NCBI GenBank assembly: GCA_965112735.1
Contig: OZ218961.1
Location: 2,728,001-2,792,000, forward strand
Reading direction: 5' to 3'
Source of the DNA: Phaeosaccion multiseriatum
Taxonomy: Eukaryota > Protista > Ochrophyta, other classes
Length of the DNA stretch: 64,000 nt
Each line of letters starts with the position of its first letter. The stretch's first letter is position 1. This document shows, piece by piece, positions 46,003-58,311 of the stretch. The notes beneath the pieces are model-generated. The model made no database searches and was not told where the DNA came from. It was given only the letters and a program-made list of their open reading frames with translations. Both the position numbers and the translations under genes were made by a program.

Positions 46003-49000
46003 CCATTCGTGAGCTGGTGTGCTTCGCCATTGGCCGCGTCGGTCTCCGAGTCGAGGCACGCCACTTCGACGCCCCTTTGAGCCCAAGGGTCCAAGGGGCC
46101 GCCCACGAGGCCTTCCTTGCCTCCTGGGCACTGCACATGCAGCTCTTTCGAGGGACTGTGCCCGCTCGACTCACAGCGTCAAGGGGAAGGGCAAGGGCAG
46201 AAACGAACCTTCTCGCCAGGGTAGGGGCGGGGCTTCGGCTGTCTTCGCTGGACCGAGGAGCCAGCCTTGCGAGAGAGCAAGGCGAAGAAGGAGGCGGAGG
46301 AGGAGGAGGAGGAGGAGGAGGAAACGGGGGTCATCGGGGTGGAGTGGCGGATATGGCGATGGCGGGCGCGTTTGAGGCTGCTTCGCTTCTTCCCTCGCGA
46401 TTCCCAGGGGTGTGGACCGGAGTCGAACACGCTCTGTCGGTACTTTTCCGAAACGTTCTGGTGCGCTCTAGCAGTAGTCACATGGGCAGCAGCAGAGCCG
46501 CAAATGGCAGCAGCAGCAGCACCAACGGCAGCAGCACTGCGCTGCTTCTTGGGGGGGGCAGTACCGGACACGGCCTGACCTTTGCGCTCACACCAGATAC
46601 GAGTGTGTCTCGGACGGCCTTGGCGGAAGCACTGCTTGTCGCACTCGGCAGGTCCAACCCTCACCACATTGACCCTGATCGTGCTGCTTTCCTTGCTGCT
46701 GCTGGAGAGAGAGAGGGGCGAGGAGGAGGAGGCCTATCTGGATCTGGATCCAGAGGTGGTGGGCGGCGCAAAAGCAACAAGAAGGGTGGTGTAAGTCAGC
46801 GGGAGGTGGATACCCGTCGTGCACTTGCCCTCTTGGCCGATGGCACTGTACGGCACCCCGCTGTCTCGCACTTCCTACGGGCCGTCGGAAACAGCGCGGC
46901 CGTTACGAGCCGGATCCTCACACCCGCTCGTCCTGGTCAGGGCCTGACACCCGATACTGGTGGTGGCGCTGGTGTTGTGCGCTGGGGGGAGCTGGTGTCT
47001 GCAGCTCATGATGCCCTTCAGATGGAAGGGATGCTTCTTGAGGAGGGTGTCGGGCTACTCTACCGGTTCCGACAGCTTCCTCCAAGGGCCGTTTCGGTGG
47101 AGGACGTGGTGCAGACAGCGCTTACGAAGGTGCCTTCCGTGGCGGTGAGAGTACTAGGATCATGTCCAGGGAGGTTGTCACGCTCACCAGCACCACCATC
47201 AGCAGTTGGTGATACAGCAACAGCAGCAGCGGGAGCAGGAGGAGGAGGAGGAGGAGGAGGAGGAGGAGATCAGGTGCGGGCGCCGTCCACCATTGCCTGC
47301 ACGCTTGTCGCGTCAGAGTTCGTCTCTCTCGCCAAGACATTCGACCCCCTCGGGCAGGTAACGCGATCCTTCCACAGCCTGGACGGGGCGCTGTCACATC
47401 TGTGGGGTATCACTAACTCGGCAGGGAGCCATCGAGGAGGAGCAAGTGGTGGTGGCGGTGGTGGACGAGGAGGAGGAGGGGGAGGAGGAGGTGGTGGAGG
47501 AGCTTCCTCCGCTCTCCCTCTGGAGCACTACGCTCTCATGCAGCGGTGCGCCAAGTGGTCGGCCGCTCTGGAGAGACTCTCTCCTCTGCTGGCAGAGGCC
47601 AAGCGCAGGGCTGCAGCGAGGGGCATGCAACTGCTTCTACAGCAGCCGAGTGAGGACCTGGCCGGCCTTGATGGTGGAAGAAGGAAAAACGACGACCCGG
47701 AAGCTAGAGCTGGTGGTGGTGGTGGTGGTGGTGGTGGTGGTGATGCTCCTGCAGCTGAGAGTAGTGCGGGAGGGGTACCTTCTACCCCTCCTGTGGAGAT
47801 GACAGGTGCCGAGATGCTCAGCGCAGCTCAGGCAGTGGGCCTGGCAGCCACGAGGAACGTCGAGGAGGGTGCCGATGGAAGCACAGGAAGGGCCCGGCTC
47901 AAGTCTGCACGTGTGCTTCGGACCAGTCCTATAGCGGAGCGGGCTGGTGGCGAGGAGGGCCTCCGAGCCTATGAAGGCGTCGGGTATCCGTCCCGGGTAC
48001 CCTCTGTATCTTCGACGTCCTTCCAAAGCGACCCGAACGAGCAAACGATTGCCATTGTCGAAGTGGCGTTTGACCGTACGCGTCAAGTGTGTAACGCACG
48101 CGACGGCCTCACTACCTTCGGCGAGCAAGTAGGACGTATGGCGATGCTTCTTGCCGTGCCCGCGTTGCGAAACTTTGCCCATCTTGCCTGCGTCCACCCT
48201 GACGTTCGAGTGGATGATGCGGATGCTCATGCTGATACCGCGGCGGCAGTTGGTGGAGCAGTTGGTGATACAGCTGGCATGTTCGTGGCATTCGAGCGCC
48301 TAGAGGGGTGGCTCAGCCTAAGACAGGTGGTGGAGCAGAGAGGTACCCTGGCGTCGTACAGACGACCCGGCGTGCAGCTGCTGCGGCTGTGGGGAAGGCA
48401 GCTGATGGAGCTTTTCAAGCACCTTCACGCGCACTCGGTGGTGGTGAGGGATGTGCGGCCGGAAACCATTTTCGTGAGCCCCGATGGCTCCACATTGAAG
48501 CTGGTGTGGGCGCCTCACTTGGCTGTGCTAGGCCAAGACGGGAAGACAAGCCCTGGCGACGCTTGTGATCTGGATCGCAACCTCTTCGCCACGGACAGTG
48601 CCCTGACCCCTCCCGAGGCCTTCTGCGGAGGAGGCGGAGGAGGAAGCGAGTGCGATATGGCTGCTGTGGCGTGTCCTAAGTGGGACGTTTGGACGTTGGG
48701 CGTGTTGCTCTTCGAAGTTGCGTTTGGAGTGCCCCCGCCTGCCTATGGAGACGTACTGCGGGCCCATCGACGCGCAAGAGGAGGCGGAGGAGGGGGAGGA
48801 GGGGGAGGAGGAGGAGGAGGAGGAGGAGGAGGAGGAGGAGGAGGAGGAGACGGACGAGGCACAACGAAGGGTGTCAGCCACGCTAACAGCATAGGGCGTG
48901 ACGCTGCTGCCGCTGCTACTGCTGCTGTATCACCAACTGGTGGTGGTGGGGTTGAGGAGATCCCACCCTGGCTTCAAGTGTCCCACTTTGACTTCCTCAG

Positions 49001-52000
49001 CAGTCTGCGGAGCAATCAAGACGGGGCAGGCGCACTGGTCAGCGGCTGTGGTGGTGTACCACCAACAGGCGCGGGAGTAGGCCCTGTGGGGTCGGCACTC
49101 AGAGGGGGCTCGCTTGCCTCTCTGCTGCGAAGTGGACTCGGCAAAGCCATCGGTACGTGCATACACACGTACACACGCAACACGTACACACACACACACG
49201 CACACACACACACAGCAGGCGTAGCGGCGTCCTTCCTTGACTTACTCATGCAGGACCCTGCCCCCCAGCAGTGGCCTGGCCTGTGGTCTAGGCTCGTTCT
49301 GCTTGCGCAGCTCACTCATCCTTCTCTCTCCATCCTCCTCGGACCCCTTCCTCTCTTGCTCGTTGCTGTACCCGCTCGCCCCTCGTCTTCCTTTGTCCTC
49401 CCCACCTCTGCTGCTGCCCCATATGCCTATACGGCCTGTGTTTACCCACCTCACCTCTACCCAAAGGGACCGGAGCTCCCGCGTCGCTGGGTAACGAACC
49501 CGAGCTTGACCACTTACGAGGTGCTTGGCTCAGGCAGCAGCTCGCCCGAGAGAAGCTGCAGTCAGAAGCTACAGCAGTTGGTAATACGGCAGGCACAGGA
49601 GCAGGAGGTGGTGTGCCGCTGTGGAATGACCTGTGCGGCAAGATCCAGAGGGCCGTGTTCGGCTCCATCCAACCTCCAAAACTGCTCGAAGCGCTGGAGG
49701 TCCAGGCAGAGCAACAGCAGCAGTTGGTGATGCAGCAGCAGCAACAGGATCAGGGTCACAGATGGCATGGAGCGAGAGAGGAGCGGCGCAGCGTAGCCAA
49801 AGCAGCGATGATGGTGTTACGGGGGAGGGATGTAGGGGGGGCGGTATCAACCCTCGGGCGGCAGGCCTCCACCCTGGGCGCTGCCCCGAGCGGTTTCCTC
49901 ACGGTGCGGCAGCTGCAGGGAGCCTTGGAGAAGGACTTGGGCATCCCCATCACCCAAGTAGAGGTGGACATGCTGGCAGGTTGCTTGCGGAGTGTGCCGT
50001 CCGCTGCCTCTGCTGCAAGTAAGAGAGGAGGGGGGGGAGAGTCGATGGTACCCTACGAAGGCCTCGCTCTCCTCTTCCAAGTCTGTGGGAGTGAGCTCGG
50101 ACTCACGGCGCGAGGAGGAGGCACGCGAGGCAGTAGGGGAGCAACGAGAGGCCACACCAGTACAAGTGGCGACGACCCGGATTCCACCTTGTTGGACATC
50201 TTGGCTCTGTGTCTCACCCCCCACCCGAGCGACAGACCGCACCCTGCTCTACTGCTTCGGCATCCCTTCTTCGAGGGCGTGGCGACGGGCTCCGCGGCTG
50301 AGATACACGCCAAGAGAGGAGCGGCGGCGCTGCTGGGAAGTGGGGAAGCAGTGATGTACGTACTGAAACGGCAAGTGCAGCAGCCCCTGGACGAGCTCAG
50401 CTGTCTCATGATAGAGGCCATGCAAGACTTGCAGGGGATGGTTGGCGACGACCAGGGGGGAGGAGGAGAAAGGGCAACAATGACGACCAACATGGCAACT
50501 TCCTCCCCCTCCTCCTTCTTCGACGTGGGCAAGCTCGCGGAGGCCATTCGAGTGCTCTGCCGCTTGGGGCATGGCTGGATAGGGAGGATGGGCCACAGCA
50601 ACACTAGCTCACGATCATTCACTAGTCGAGCAGGAGCACCAGGAGCAGCTGCAGGAGAAGGAGGAGGGGGGGGAGGAGGAGGAGGAGGAGGACGTACTGG
50701 CAAAGAGAGTGCCGGGCTCAGTGCGGCTCAGCACACCACCGCTGTCGATGCCATTCTTTCCAGGGGCCTGCTTCAGCGGGTGGTTGCTCTCTCACTCCTG
50801 TTTCTGGAGCGACCAGAGGCGGACGCCTGCGGCCGAGCAGTACCTGGTGTCAGCTTCCTAGAGGGTGATCCCCGACTCAGCCTGGGCTCCCGGCTGCTGA
50901 TGGTGGTGGCGCGGTTGGTGGAGGGGTTTGTGTTGGACCTTAGCTACCCTGGTAGTCCGGTGGGGGCCTACGTCGATGTGGTACTACGCTGCTTGGTCAT
51001 GCTGTATATGGGGGAGGAGGGGCACTTGGCTGCCAAGTACGGAGCCGTGGGGCCCAGCTCCCTCGTGCTGCACCACTCCAACTTCAACTCATACTCATCC
51101 TCATCCTCATCCTCTCAAGTTGGTGATACAGGAGTAGCAGACCCGCACCCACCACCGCGTCGTGTGAGTGCAAACACCAACCACTGGACGCCGCCCATGA
51201 GTCGTCTCTTTGAAGGCCTCATGGTGGATGCCGTTACGGAAACCGGTAATGGTAGCCACCTCTACCCGCCTCTCCAGCGCTACTTGCAGCGGGCTGGCGG
51301 CCTGGCGCACCGACTGGAGGGGATGGCAGTGGATGGAAGAGGAGGAGGAGGAGGAGGAGGGTATGGTCTCGTGGACGAATTCGATGAAGTGGAGGAGCAT
51401 CTAAGAGCAGAGGCAGCGGCAGAGGCTGGGGGAGGAGGACGAAGAGGACGGGAAGAAGGTGGTGGGAGAGGAGGAAGACAAGATCGAGTTCGACAGGGTG
51501 ATTCAGACTGGGATGGGGGGGATAACAACGAGGAGGAAGAGGAGGAGGAGGAAGAGGACGACGACGACGACGAGGAGGTGCTCTTGGAGCCGGAGTTCGC
51601 TTCCATGGTGAACCACACTGCCACCCTTCGTAGAAGTGGAAGCGGGGATGGGGGTGGGAGCGGGCGAGGCCTTCTCCGGGCTCCGTGGTGCGAAGGCTTT
51701 TTGAGATCCTCGGCCTACTTTGGGGAGATTGTCGGCCTGGGAAGGGCTCTACAGAGCCTTCACGCGGCCTTCTCGAGCGGAGGAGAGGCCCGACGGGCAC
51801 CGGCCCAGGGGGGGAGGAGACGTAGTGCTGGCTACGTGGTGACGCTGGTGCGGATGAGCGTCGGGGACAACAGCGGCAGCACCCTCGCGCCCCCGGAGGA
51901 CGAGTCGCAGCAGCAGTCGCAGGAGCAGCAAGGGTCTTCTTCTAATCGAGGCGCGGCAAGGCCAACAGCTCTCGGTCAGTTAGAGGCACCCGCGGGGGGG

Positions 52001-55000
52001 CAGGGAGAGGAGGAGGATGGAGCCGTGCTTCAGCGAGCGCAGCTACTGATCGACTTTGGTGTGGCCTCCAAGCTCGCACCCCTGTTGCTCGATGGTGACG
52101 AGGAGGTGCGAATGACCACTCTCAACGGCATGGCGGTGGTGATGCGCTACGGAGGGCCCCTGCTTAGGGGCTTGGCCCTGGCCGGGGGAGGAGGAGGACG
52201 AGGAGGAGGGGTGGGGGGAGATGGGGATGATAACCTCGGCGACGACGACTGCGACAGTGGTGGTGGTGGTGGTGGTGGTGGTGGTGGTGGTGGTGGTGGT
52301 GGTGGTGGTGGTGGTGGTGGTATGGTCGTCGACCCCCGAGCGCTTGTGTGTCTGGGCTTCTGCTCTCCCGTGTGGGTGTCGGGTCTGCTGAGCATCCTTC
52401 GGGGGCGGCCCAAGGAGGGCACCAAGCTGACCAAGCAGAAGGTCCAGACGCTCAATAGAGCGCGCAGAACGGCCCTGCTGGTGCTGAGAGACATGGCAAT
52501 TGCTGGTGACAGGGCCATCGAGGGTTGGCAAACATGCCACGTCATGCGAGCTCTGCAGCAGCTGCTGGTGGAGCAACAAGAGCAGCAGCAACAGCAGCCG
52601 CAGTTGGTGATACAGCAGCAGCACCAGCAGCAAGAGCAGCACGACCTCCCCGTCCTTACTGTGCTGCGGGCTCTCGCAAGGAATGGAAGTGACAGCGCTC
52701 GTCAGCTCATCGACTCGTGCCCCGGCCTGCCTAGAGCCCTCGACTTTTACGGCCTTGAGCTGCCCCGTAAGGTCACTCTCCCTGACTTGGCGGAGAGGGC
52801 GGAGGACTTGGGTCGGCGCGGTGGCATGTTGAGTGAGGTGGCAGAGGTGATGCGCCAAACGCTTGTGCTTCTCAGTACGGCGGTTACGGTGGGGGACGTT
52901 AGCGTTCTTCACCCACCTGTGCTATGGCCACCGCTGGCACAGGAGGACGAAGAGGAGAAGGGCAGGGCGGGTGGCGAGGGCACAGCCGGTCAAGAGCAAG
53001 AGCAGCTAGGTAGACGTCTCGGGGCCGAGGAAAGAGGAAAAGGAGGCGTAGCAGGAGAACAGAGGGAATACACCCACCGGGAGAGGCTGGAGTTGCCCCA
53101 CCCTCTCCTGGAGCGGCTAACTAGCCTCTGCTGGGGTTGGTTGCTTCGCTCCTGGCTTCAGCTAGCGAGAGACGACCCCACACACCCTTACACCAGAGCG
53201 AGGGTGGGCGTGGTGCGTGCTTGTCTCCAACTGGCGACGTTCCTGCTTCGTGCTTCCAACTCCTCCCCATCTGCGGCCCACCTTCGCCTCCTCGTGCTCG
53301 GACCGGTTGACACTCGGCTAGCTGACCAAGCCAGGGCGGCGGCAGGGCTCGGCAGCAGTAGCTTGATGGGGCCACTGGGGCTAGGGGTCACAGCAGAGGG
53401 AGAGGGAGGAGGAGAAGGAGGAGGTGGAGGGGGGGGAGGAGGAAGAAGCAGCTACGACGCGTACTTGGAAGAGGCTGGCGTCGAAGACGAAGATGGCGTT
53501 ACAGAGAATGGCGGCATTTCGAAGGCCGAGAGTCGTGGTACTCGTCGCGAGCTGGCCCGAGCAAGCACAGGCTTGGAAGTGATGGTGCGAGCGCTGTCCT
53601 GCGATGTGCCGCTGGAGCTGTACCACACGCACCCTTTGCAGTCCGTGGTGCCTCAGCTTCAGTCTTGTCTGGCATTGGCCCTCTCAGGAGGAGAAGGAGG
53701 AGGAGGAGCAGGAGGAGGAGGAGGAGGAGGAGGAGTGCTGGTCAGAGCGATGGCTGACGCCGGAATCGGTCTCCGCTTTAAGGATTGCTTAGACCAAGGC
53801 TGTCGCTTGGTCCGCTGGGCCACGGGGCAGGGGCTGGAGGCGGCCCACCTGGGGGAGTGGTACGCACCGGCCCGACAGACGCGCAAGGTGCTGCTGGATC
53901 GGCTGTTGTGGGTACGCAGCGAGGCCATTCAGTCACAGCTCATGCTGGGCGGCCTTGTAGAGGGGCTACTCACGGACATGCTTGGCGACGCCAACGTGGT
54001 GCATATCACCAATGTTCGCCTGCCCGCCGCGTTTCGCCGCTATAACGGTACGCCCCTGTTACGCAACGAGGCCTTGGAGCTGCTGGAGAGGGTGGTGACT
54101 CGCCGTGCCCGCGCTCCTGCCCTCTGTCTGGAGATGGCCCGTCAAGCACTTCGGCACGGGGTGGCAAGGCAGGAGAGGAAGCGAGTGGGGCGCTACCGTC
54201 AGCGCTCGGTGCGCGCTGGGGTAGGGGTGGCCCTGCGACTACTATGTCGACTCGGAAATCCTCAGCTGGATAGGGAGATGCGCTCTCCTGCCATGGCCGT
54301 GCCGCGCTCGCTCCTCTCGGCCACGCGAAGGGGGGGCAGCGGCCACCTGCTGACGGATGTGAGAAGGAGGTGGGCAAGGTGGATCTCCAGAGTCGCCAGG
54401 GCAGTGGATGGTGATGGAGAGCCAGCGCGGCAGGGGGCTGCGGTGGCGGCCGCGGCGACGGCGGTGGTAGAGAAACCGTCGCGGCAGGGGATGAAGCGCG
54501 AGACTACGGAGCGATCATCTTCTTCTTCGTCCTCATTCTCTTCTCCTTCTCGTTCAAGCTCGAGGGCGTCCAATCAGGACCAAGAAGCAGAGACAGGAGA
54601 AGGAGGAGGAGGAGGAGGAGGAGGAGGAGGAGGAGGAGGAGGAGGAGGAGGAGGAGGAGGAGGAGGAGGAGGAGGAGGAGGGCTAGGAGGAGAGAAGAGG
54701 CGCTTGGTGACGCTGACTTTTAGCAACACAAGGGCGTCAAGCATGCGGCCCACGAGCGTCAGCGGCTTCCTCTCTGCTCTGTCCAGCGTGACGGGCGTGG
54801 CTGTGGAGGGCATGCACGTGACCGGTGTACGCAAGAACTGCACCGAGACAGGAGAAGCAGGGGAGCCCGTCCCTGCTGGTGCTGCGCTTGCCTCAGGAGG
54901 GGGGGGAGCGCTGCCGATTGCGGTGGATCTGCTGGTCACTCCGACGGCGGCTCAGGGCATGTGGCGCCGCTGCTTGGCAGGCATCTTGCTACAGATCCCC

Positions 55001-58000
55001 TCCTCTGGTACAGGAGGAGGAGGAGGAGGAGGAGGAGGAGGAGGAGGGGGTGGCGAGGAGCAGCCCTACCATGTGCATGCTCTGGAGGTTCAGGGGATGG
55101 GGAGGCTCTCTGGAGATGGCTCGGAGGTGCTACAGGAGGGTATGCAGGAGCGTCACCCCATGCATCTGAGCAGCAGCAGCAACAGCAGCAACAGTAGTAG
55201 CCACAAGGCTGGTGGCGGAGGACGAACTGTTGGAGGAGTAGTAGCAGCAGGAGGAGAAGGAGGAGTGGGAGGAGGAGGGGGAGGAGGACGAGGCAGGGAA
55301 ATGGAGAGGTGGAAGCCGCAACAGCACGACGAACCGGAGACGAGGGTTCGTGGGGAAAGTAGGAGTATGGGCAAGTTTGGGTGGCTGGGAAGCGTCCCTC
55401 GGGGTAGAGAAGGAGGAGGTGGTACTACGGGTGGTATCACAGGCAGTAGGCGGGCGACGCCGGCAACAATGGAGCGACCCAGGGGTGGGGGGCGACGGAG
55501 TGAACCAGGGAGGGACCGAGAGCAGCAGCAGCAGCAGCAACAGCACGACAACGACGAGGAGGAGGAGGAAGTGCAGGAGGAGGAGGAGAAGGGCCTTGGC
55601 GAGGGCGAGACGGAAGGAGATCTGTCCGCAGCGCTGGACCGCCTGGGGGAAGGCCTCCTAGAGGTTCAGGAGGCCTTTTCGCAGCGCGCGCTACCTACTG
55701 CTCTGCATAGAGGAGGAGGAGGAGGAGGAGGAGGAGGAGGAGGAGGAGGAGGAGGAGGAGGAGGAGGAGGAGGAGGAGGAGGAGGAGGAGGAGGAGGAGG
55801 AGGAGAAGAAGAAGGAGGAAAGCGATCTGTTGATGGTGATGACGACAGTGCCACGGTGGATCTCGAGGGGCTTTACTGCGCTCTCATGGACCTTCGTCTG
55901 TCAGAAGGGAGGGTGGTGAAGGCCATCGCCTCCGTGCGCCGCATCAACAAAGCGAACATGCGGATGGACTTTGCCGGCTTCATTCAGCTCTTCGCACGAG
56001 CAGCGGGGTTGTATGATCTTCCACTGCCATCCCAGGCCAGTGGAGCCGGAGGCGTGGGTGGTTCCGCTGCCCCTCCTCCGGGGGCGGGGTTGTTGAGTGT
56101 GTCCGTGGAAGGGCCGCTGGACGGGCGGTGGGAAGCGGTGCCGCCCAACAAGATACTCCGCTTCAAGCGCGTCTTCGACAAGCTCGTTATAGAGGAGAGT
56201 GAAGGAGGGGCACTGGGGGCAGACGGGAGGAGGGGGAGGAGGAGGGGGCGGGGGGGGGGCAGCAGAAGCAGCAGTGGTCCGGAGGACGAATCTTTCTCAT
56301 TGGAGAAGCTCCCTGCGGCCTTGTTGCAGCTCTTTCGCTACGAGATGGAGCTGGTGCAGGCCTATGTGGAGGGGCGAAGGGAAGTTATTTCGAGGCTCTT
56401 TGACGGCCGAGTGTCGCTACAGGAGCTCGCACGAGGGGCGGTGCATATCGAGGCCATGAGGAAGAAGAAGAGCGAGAACAAGGCGAGCGATGGTAGTGCG
56501 AGTGTCAGTGCTACGGTCGCTTCGATGTCCTCGTCATCAGCGTCAATGCCGGGTAGCAGCGGTAATCGAGGAGGGGGAGGAGGAGCGGTGGACCGGCAGG
56601 GCACAGGCAGGGGCAGGGGCAGAGCTTCGTCGTCGTCGCCTTGGGGCAGCGCTGGACATGGGCGGCAGTTGGTGCTACAGCAGCAGAGAGGACGGGAAGG
56701 GCCTCCTTCTACGGCTTCCCGACTCTCGCACTCCCCAGACGGGAGGAGACGCAGCGCCGGTGGAGACCCAACAACAAGAGGGCACCCAACAAGAGAGGGC
56801 AGACAAGATTCCCATGCCCCATTGTCGCCCTCTCCTCCTCCTGACCCTGAGCGCCGTCGATTGGCGCGTGAGGAGCAGCCTGAAGACACCCGTGCCTACG
56901 CGGGGAGCGGTGGTAGCGGCAACACCAGTGGCAGCATTTCCCCTCTGAGTAGGGGGGGGCGGCGGCGGAGCAGATCCAACAGTCTGCTCAGTGTGACCTT
57001 TCAGGATGAAGAGGAAGGGAGAGGGGAGGGAGTGGAGGAGAAGGGGGAGAGAGCGGGTCGGGAATGGGAGACATGGGCTGACGAGGAAATGGAGGGAGAG
57101 TTGGAGAGGCAAGCGAGGAGAAGGAAGCTCATGGAGGGTAGGAGTGAGGAAGAAGATGGTCTTTCTCTCTCTGCTCGCGGGGGTGGTGGCGATGGTGTAG
57201 AGAGAAGACCAGCAGCAGCAGCAGCAGCAGCAGGAGGAGGAGGAGGAGGAGGAGGAGGAGGAGCAGCAGCAGCAGCAGCGACTGGGCGGGGTGTTGAGAA
57301 TGACTATTCATCGGAGCCGGAGACCGAGTTGGAGAAAGAGGTCACTATGGAAGCAGCAAAGCTTGCATTCGAGGAGTACGACAGGGATGGAGACGGAAGA
57401 ATCACCATCTCAGATTTGAGGGAGGCTTTCTCTGGTGATGCAGGCGGAGGGGGGGGGGGGCAACCGTGTGTCACTGAGGAGGACATGAGGGAGTGGATGC
57501 TTGAAAGAGATACAGATGGCAAGGGCCACGTCAGCTGGCAGGACTTCCTTGCCGTCTATGGGGGAAGACGAAGTGGAGGAGGAAGAGGAGGACATGCCGG
57601 AGATGATGGTAGGAATGTGGTACCTGGATCTGAGGCGGCGGAGAGGGAGCCGCAGCATGATGAAGAGGAAGAGGAAGAAGAGGAGGAGGAGGAGGAGGAG
57701 GAGGAGGAGACGGTGTCCATCACGCCAGAGGAGCACGCGGCTTTACTCACGGTCTTTGATATGTACGATGGGAATGGGGACGGTCTCATCAGCTATGCCG
57801 ACCTCAGAGCCACCTTTGCCAGGCAGGGACAGACGCCGAGCGACAGAGAGCTTCGGCAGTGGATCGCCGATAGGGACTCGACGGGAACGGGTACCGTCGA
57901 CAGGAAGGACTTTGCCCGGAGCTTTCAGGTCGCCATGAGGAAGGGGGGGGGGGGGGGAGGAGGAGGAGGAGGGGGGGGGGGCAAGAGGAGGGTTAGTAAG

Positions 58001-58015
58001 GGACTGACGCAGTAG
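24881..58015 (+). CDS. Giant multidomain protein (about 9,916 aa, 11 exons): C2 - 26x Tudor-like - EF-hands - 4x PUB - WD40 - pseudokinase - EF-hands
   Basis: Exons 24881-24905, 25301-25448, 25593-33261, 33800-33914, 34337-34493, 34947-35027, 35242-36449, 36789-42014, 42328-42482, 42735-49152 and 49467-58015 all have GT-AG ends and matching phases. The total is 29,751 nt, or 9,917 codons including the stop. Domains run across junctions (C2 over exons 1-3, PUB2 over exons 7-8, kinase over exons 10-11). Confidence 0.8.
25059..25148. repeat. Imperfect direct repeat (about 45 bp x2) in intron 1 of the giant gene
   Basis: atgagcaaaaaggggggagcaggatcgtataaaagctctttag followed by atgagcaaaagggggggagcaggatagcatacaagctctttag. 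Confidence 0.75.
25843..31605 (+). repeat. Coding tandem array of 26 Tudor/Agenet-like repeats
   Basis: One divergent first unit, 18 units of type KVEANYRGKGRYYPGRIARVHRDGTCDIDYDDG and 7 of type RVEGNYKGKGRWYKGKISRAWLNGSYDIEYDDG. Confidence 0.9.
33262..33513. repeat. (GTGA)n intronic microsatellite starting at the 5' splice site
   Basis: About 250 bp of gtga units directly after CTCAAG|gtgagt. Confidence 0.95.
33945..34100. repeat. (GGGA)n intronic microsatellite
   Basis: Direct reading. Similar tracts lie at about 34550-34677, 36460-36552 and 60710-60783, with the complement at 21420-21510. Confidence 0.9.
38586..56680. repeat. Dispersed 15-bp motif CAGTTGGTGATACAG (both orientations)
   Basis: Perfect copies start at 38586(-), 38765, 40206, 44074(-), 47203, 48259, 48925(-) and 52601. 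One-mismatch copies start at 45957, 49721, 51117 and 56666. Confidence 0.9.
42530..42626. repeat. 34-bp intronic minisatellite, about 3 copies
   Basis: Unit tgacacacccccgtagaactgataccctttcatc. Confidence 0.85.
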
Positions 58016-58262
58016 TGAGGCATGTGTACATAGTATATATATATTGCGAGATGAGAGGGGGGGTGGGCTTCGGAAGCGCTACGCGCGAAGGGGAGTTTTA
58101 CAATCGTGAGGCGAGAAAAGGGAGAGGGAAGGAAGTTGAAAGGTCATACATAAATGAGTTTTTGTTCCTTCACTTCTTGCCCCTTCTACCACTTCGATGC
58201 CGCGGGGTGCCGCTGCTGAAGGTCGTCGCCCTTCGCACACTCTCTCGTTGCTTCTCGAGCCC

Positions 58263-58311
58263 GACTCGGGCTGATATCTATCTATATCTATGATATCTAT
58301 CAGCCCGAGTC
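58263..58311. repeat. 14-bp perfect inverted repeat with 21-nt AT-rich loop
   Basis: gactcgggctgata (58263-58276) and tatcagcccgagtc (58298-58311). Confidence 0.8.

Noticed and set aside
35099-49730. ORFs 35099, 36584, 42642 and 49613 as independent genes
   Set aside because: Their listed starts lie in intron-like low-complexity sequence or use non-ATG codons. In-phase splice sites and domains spanning the junctions favour one gene.
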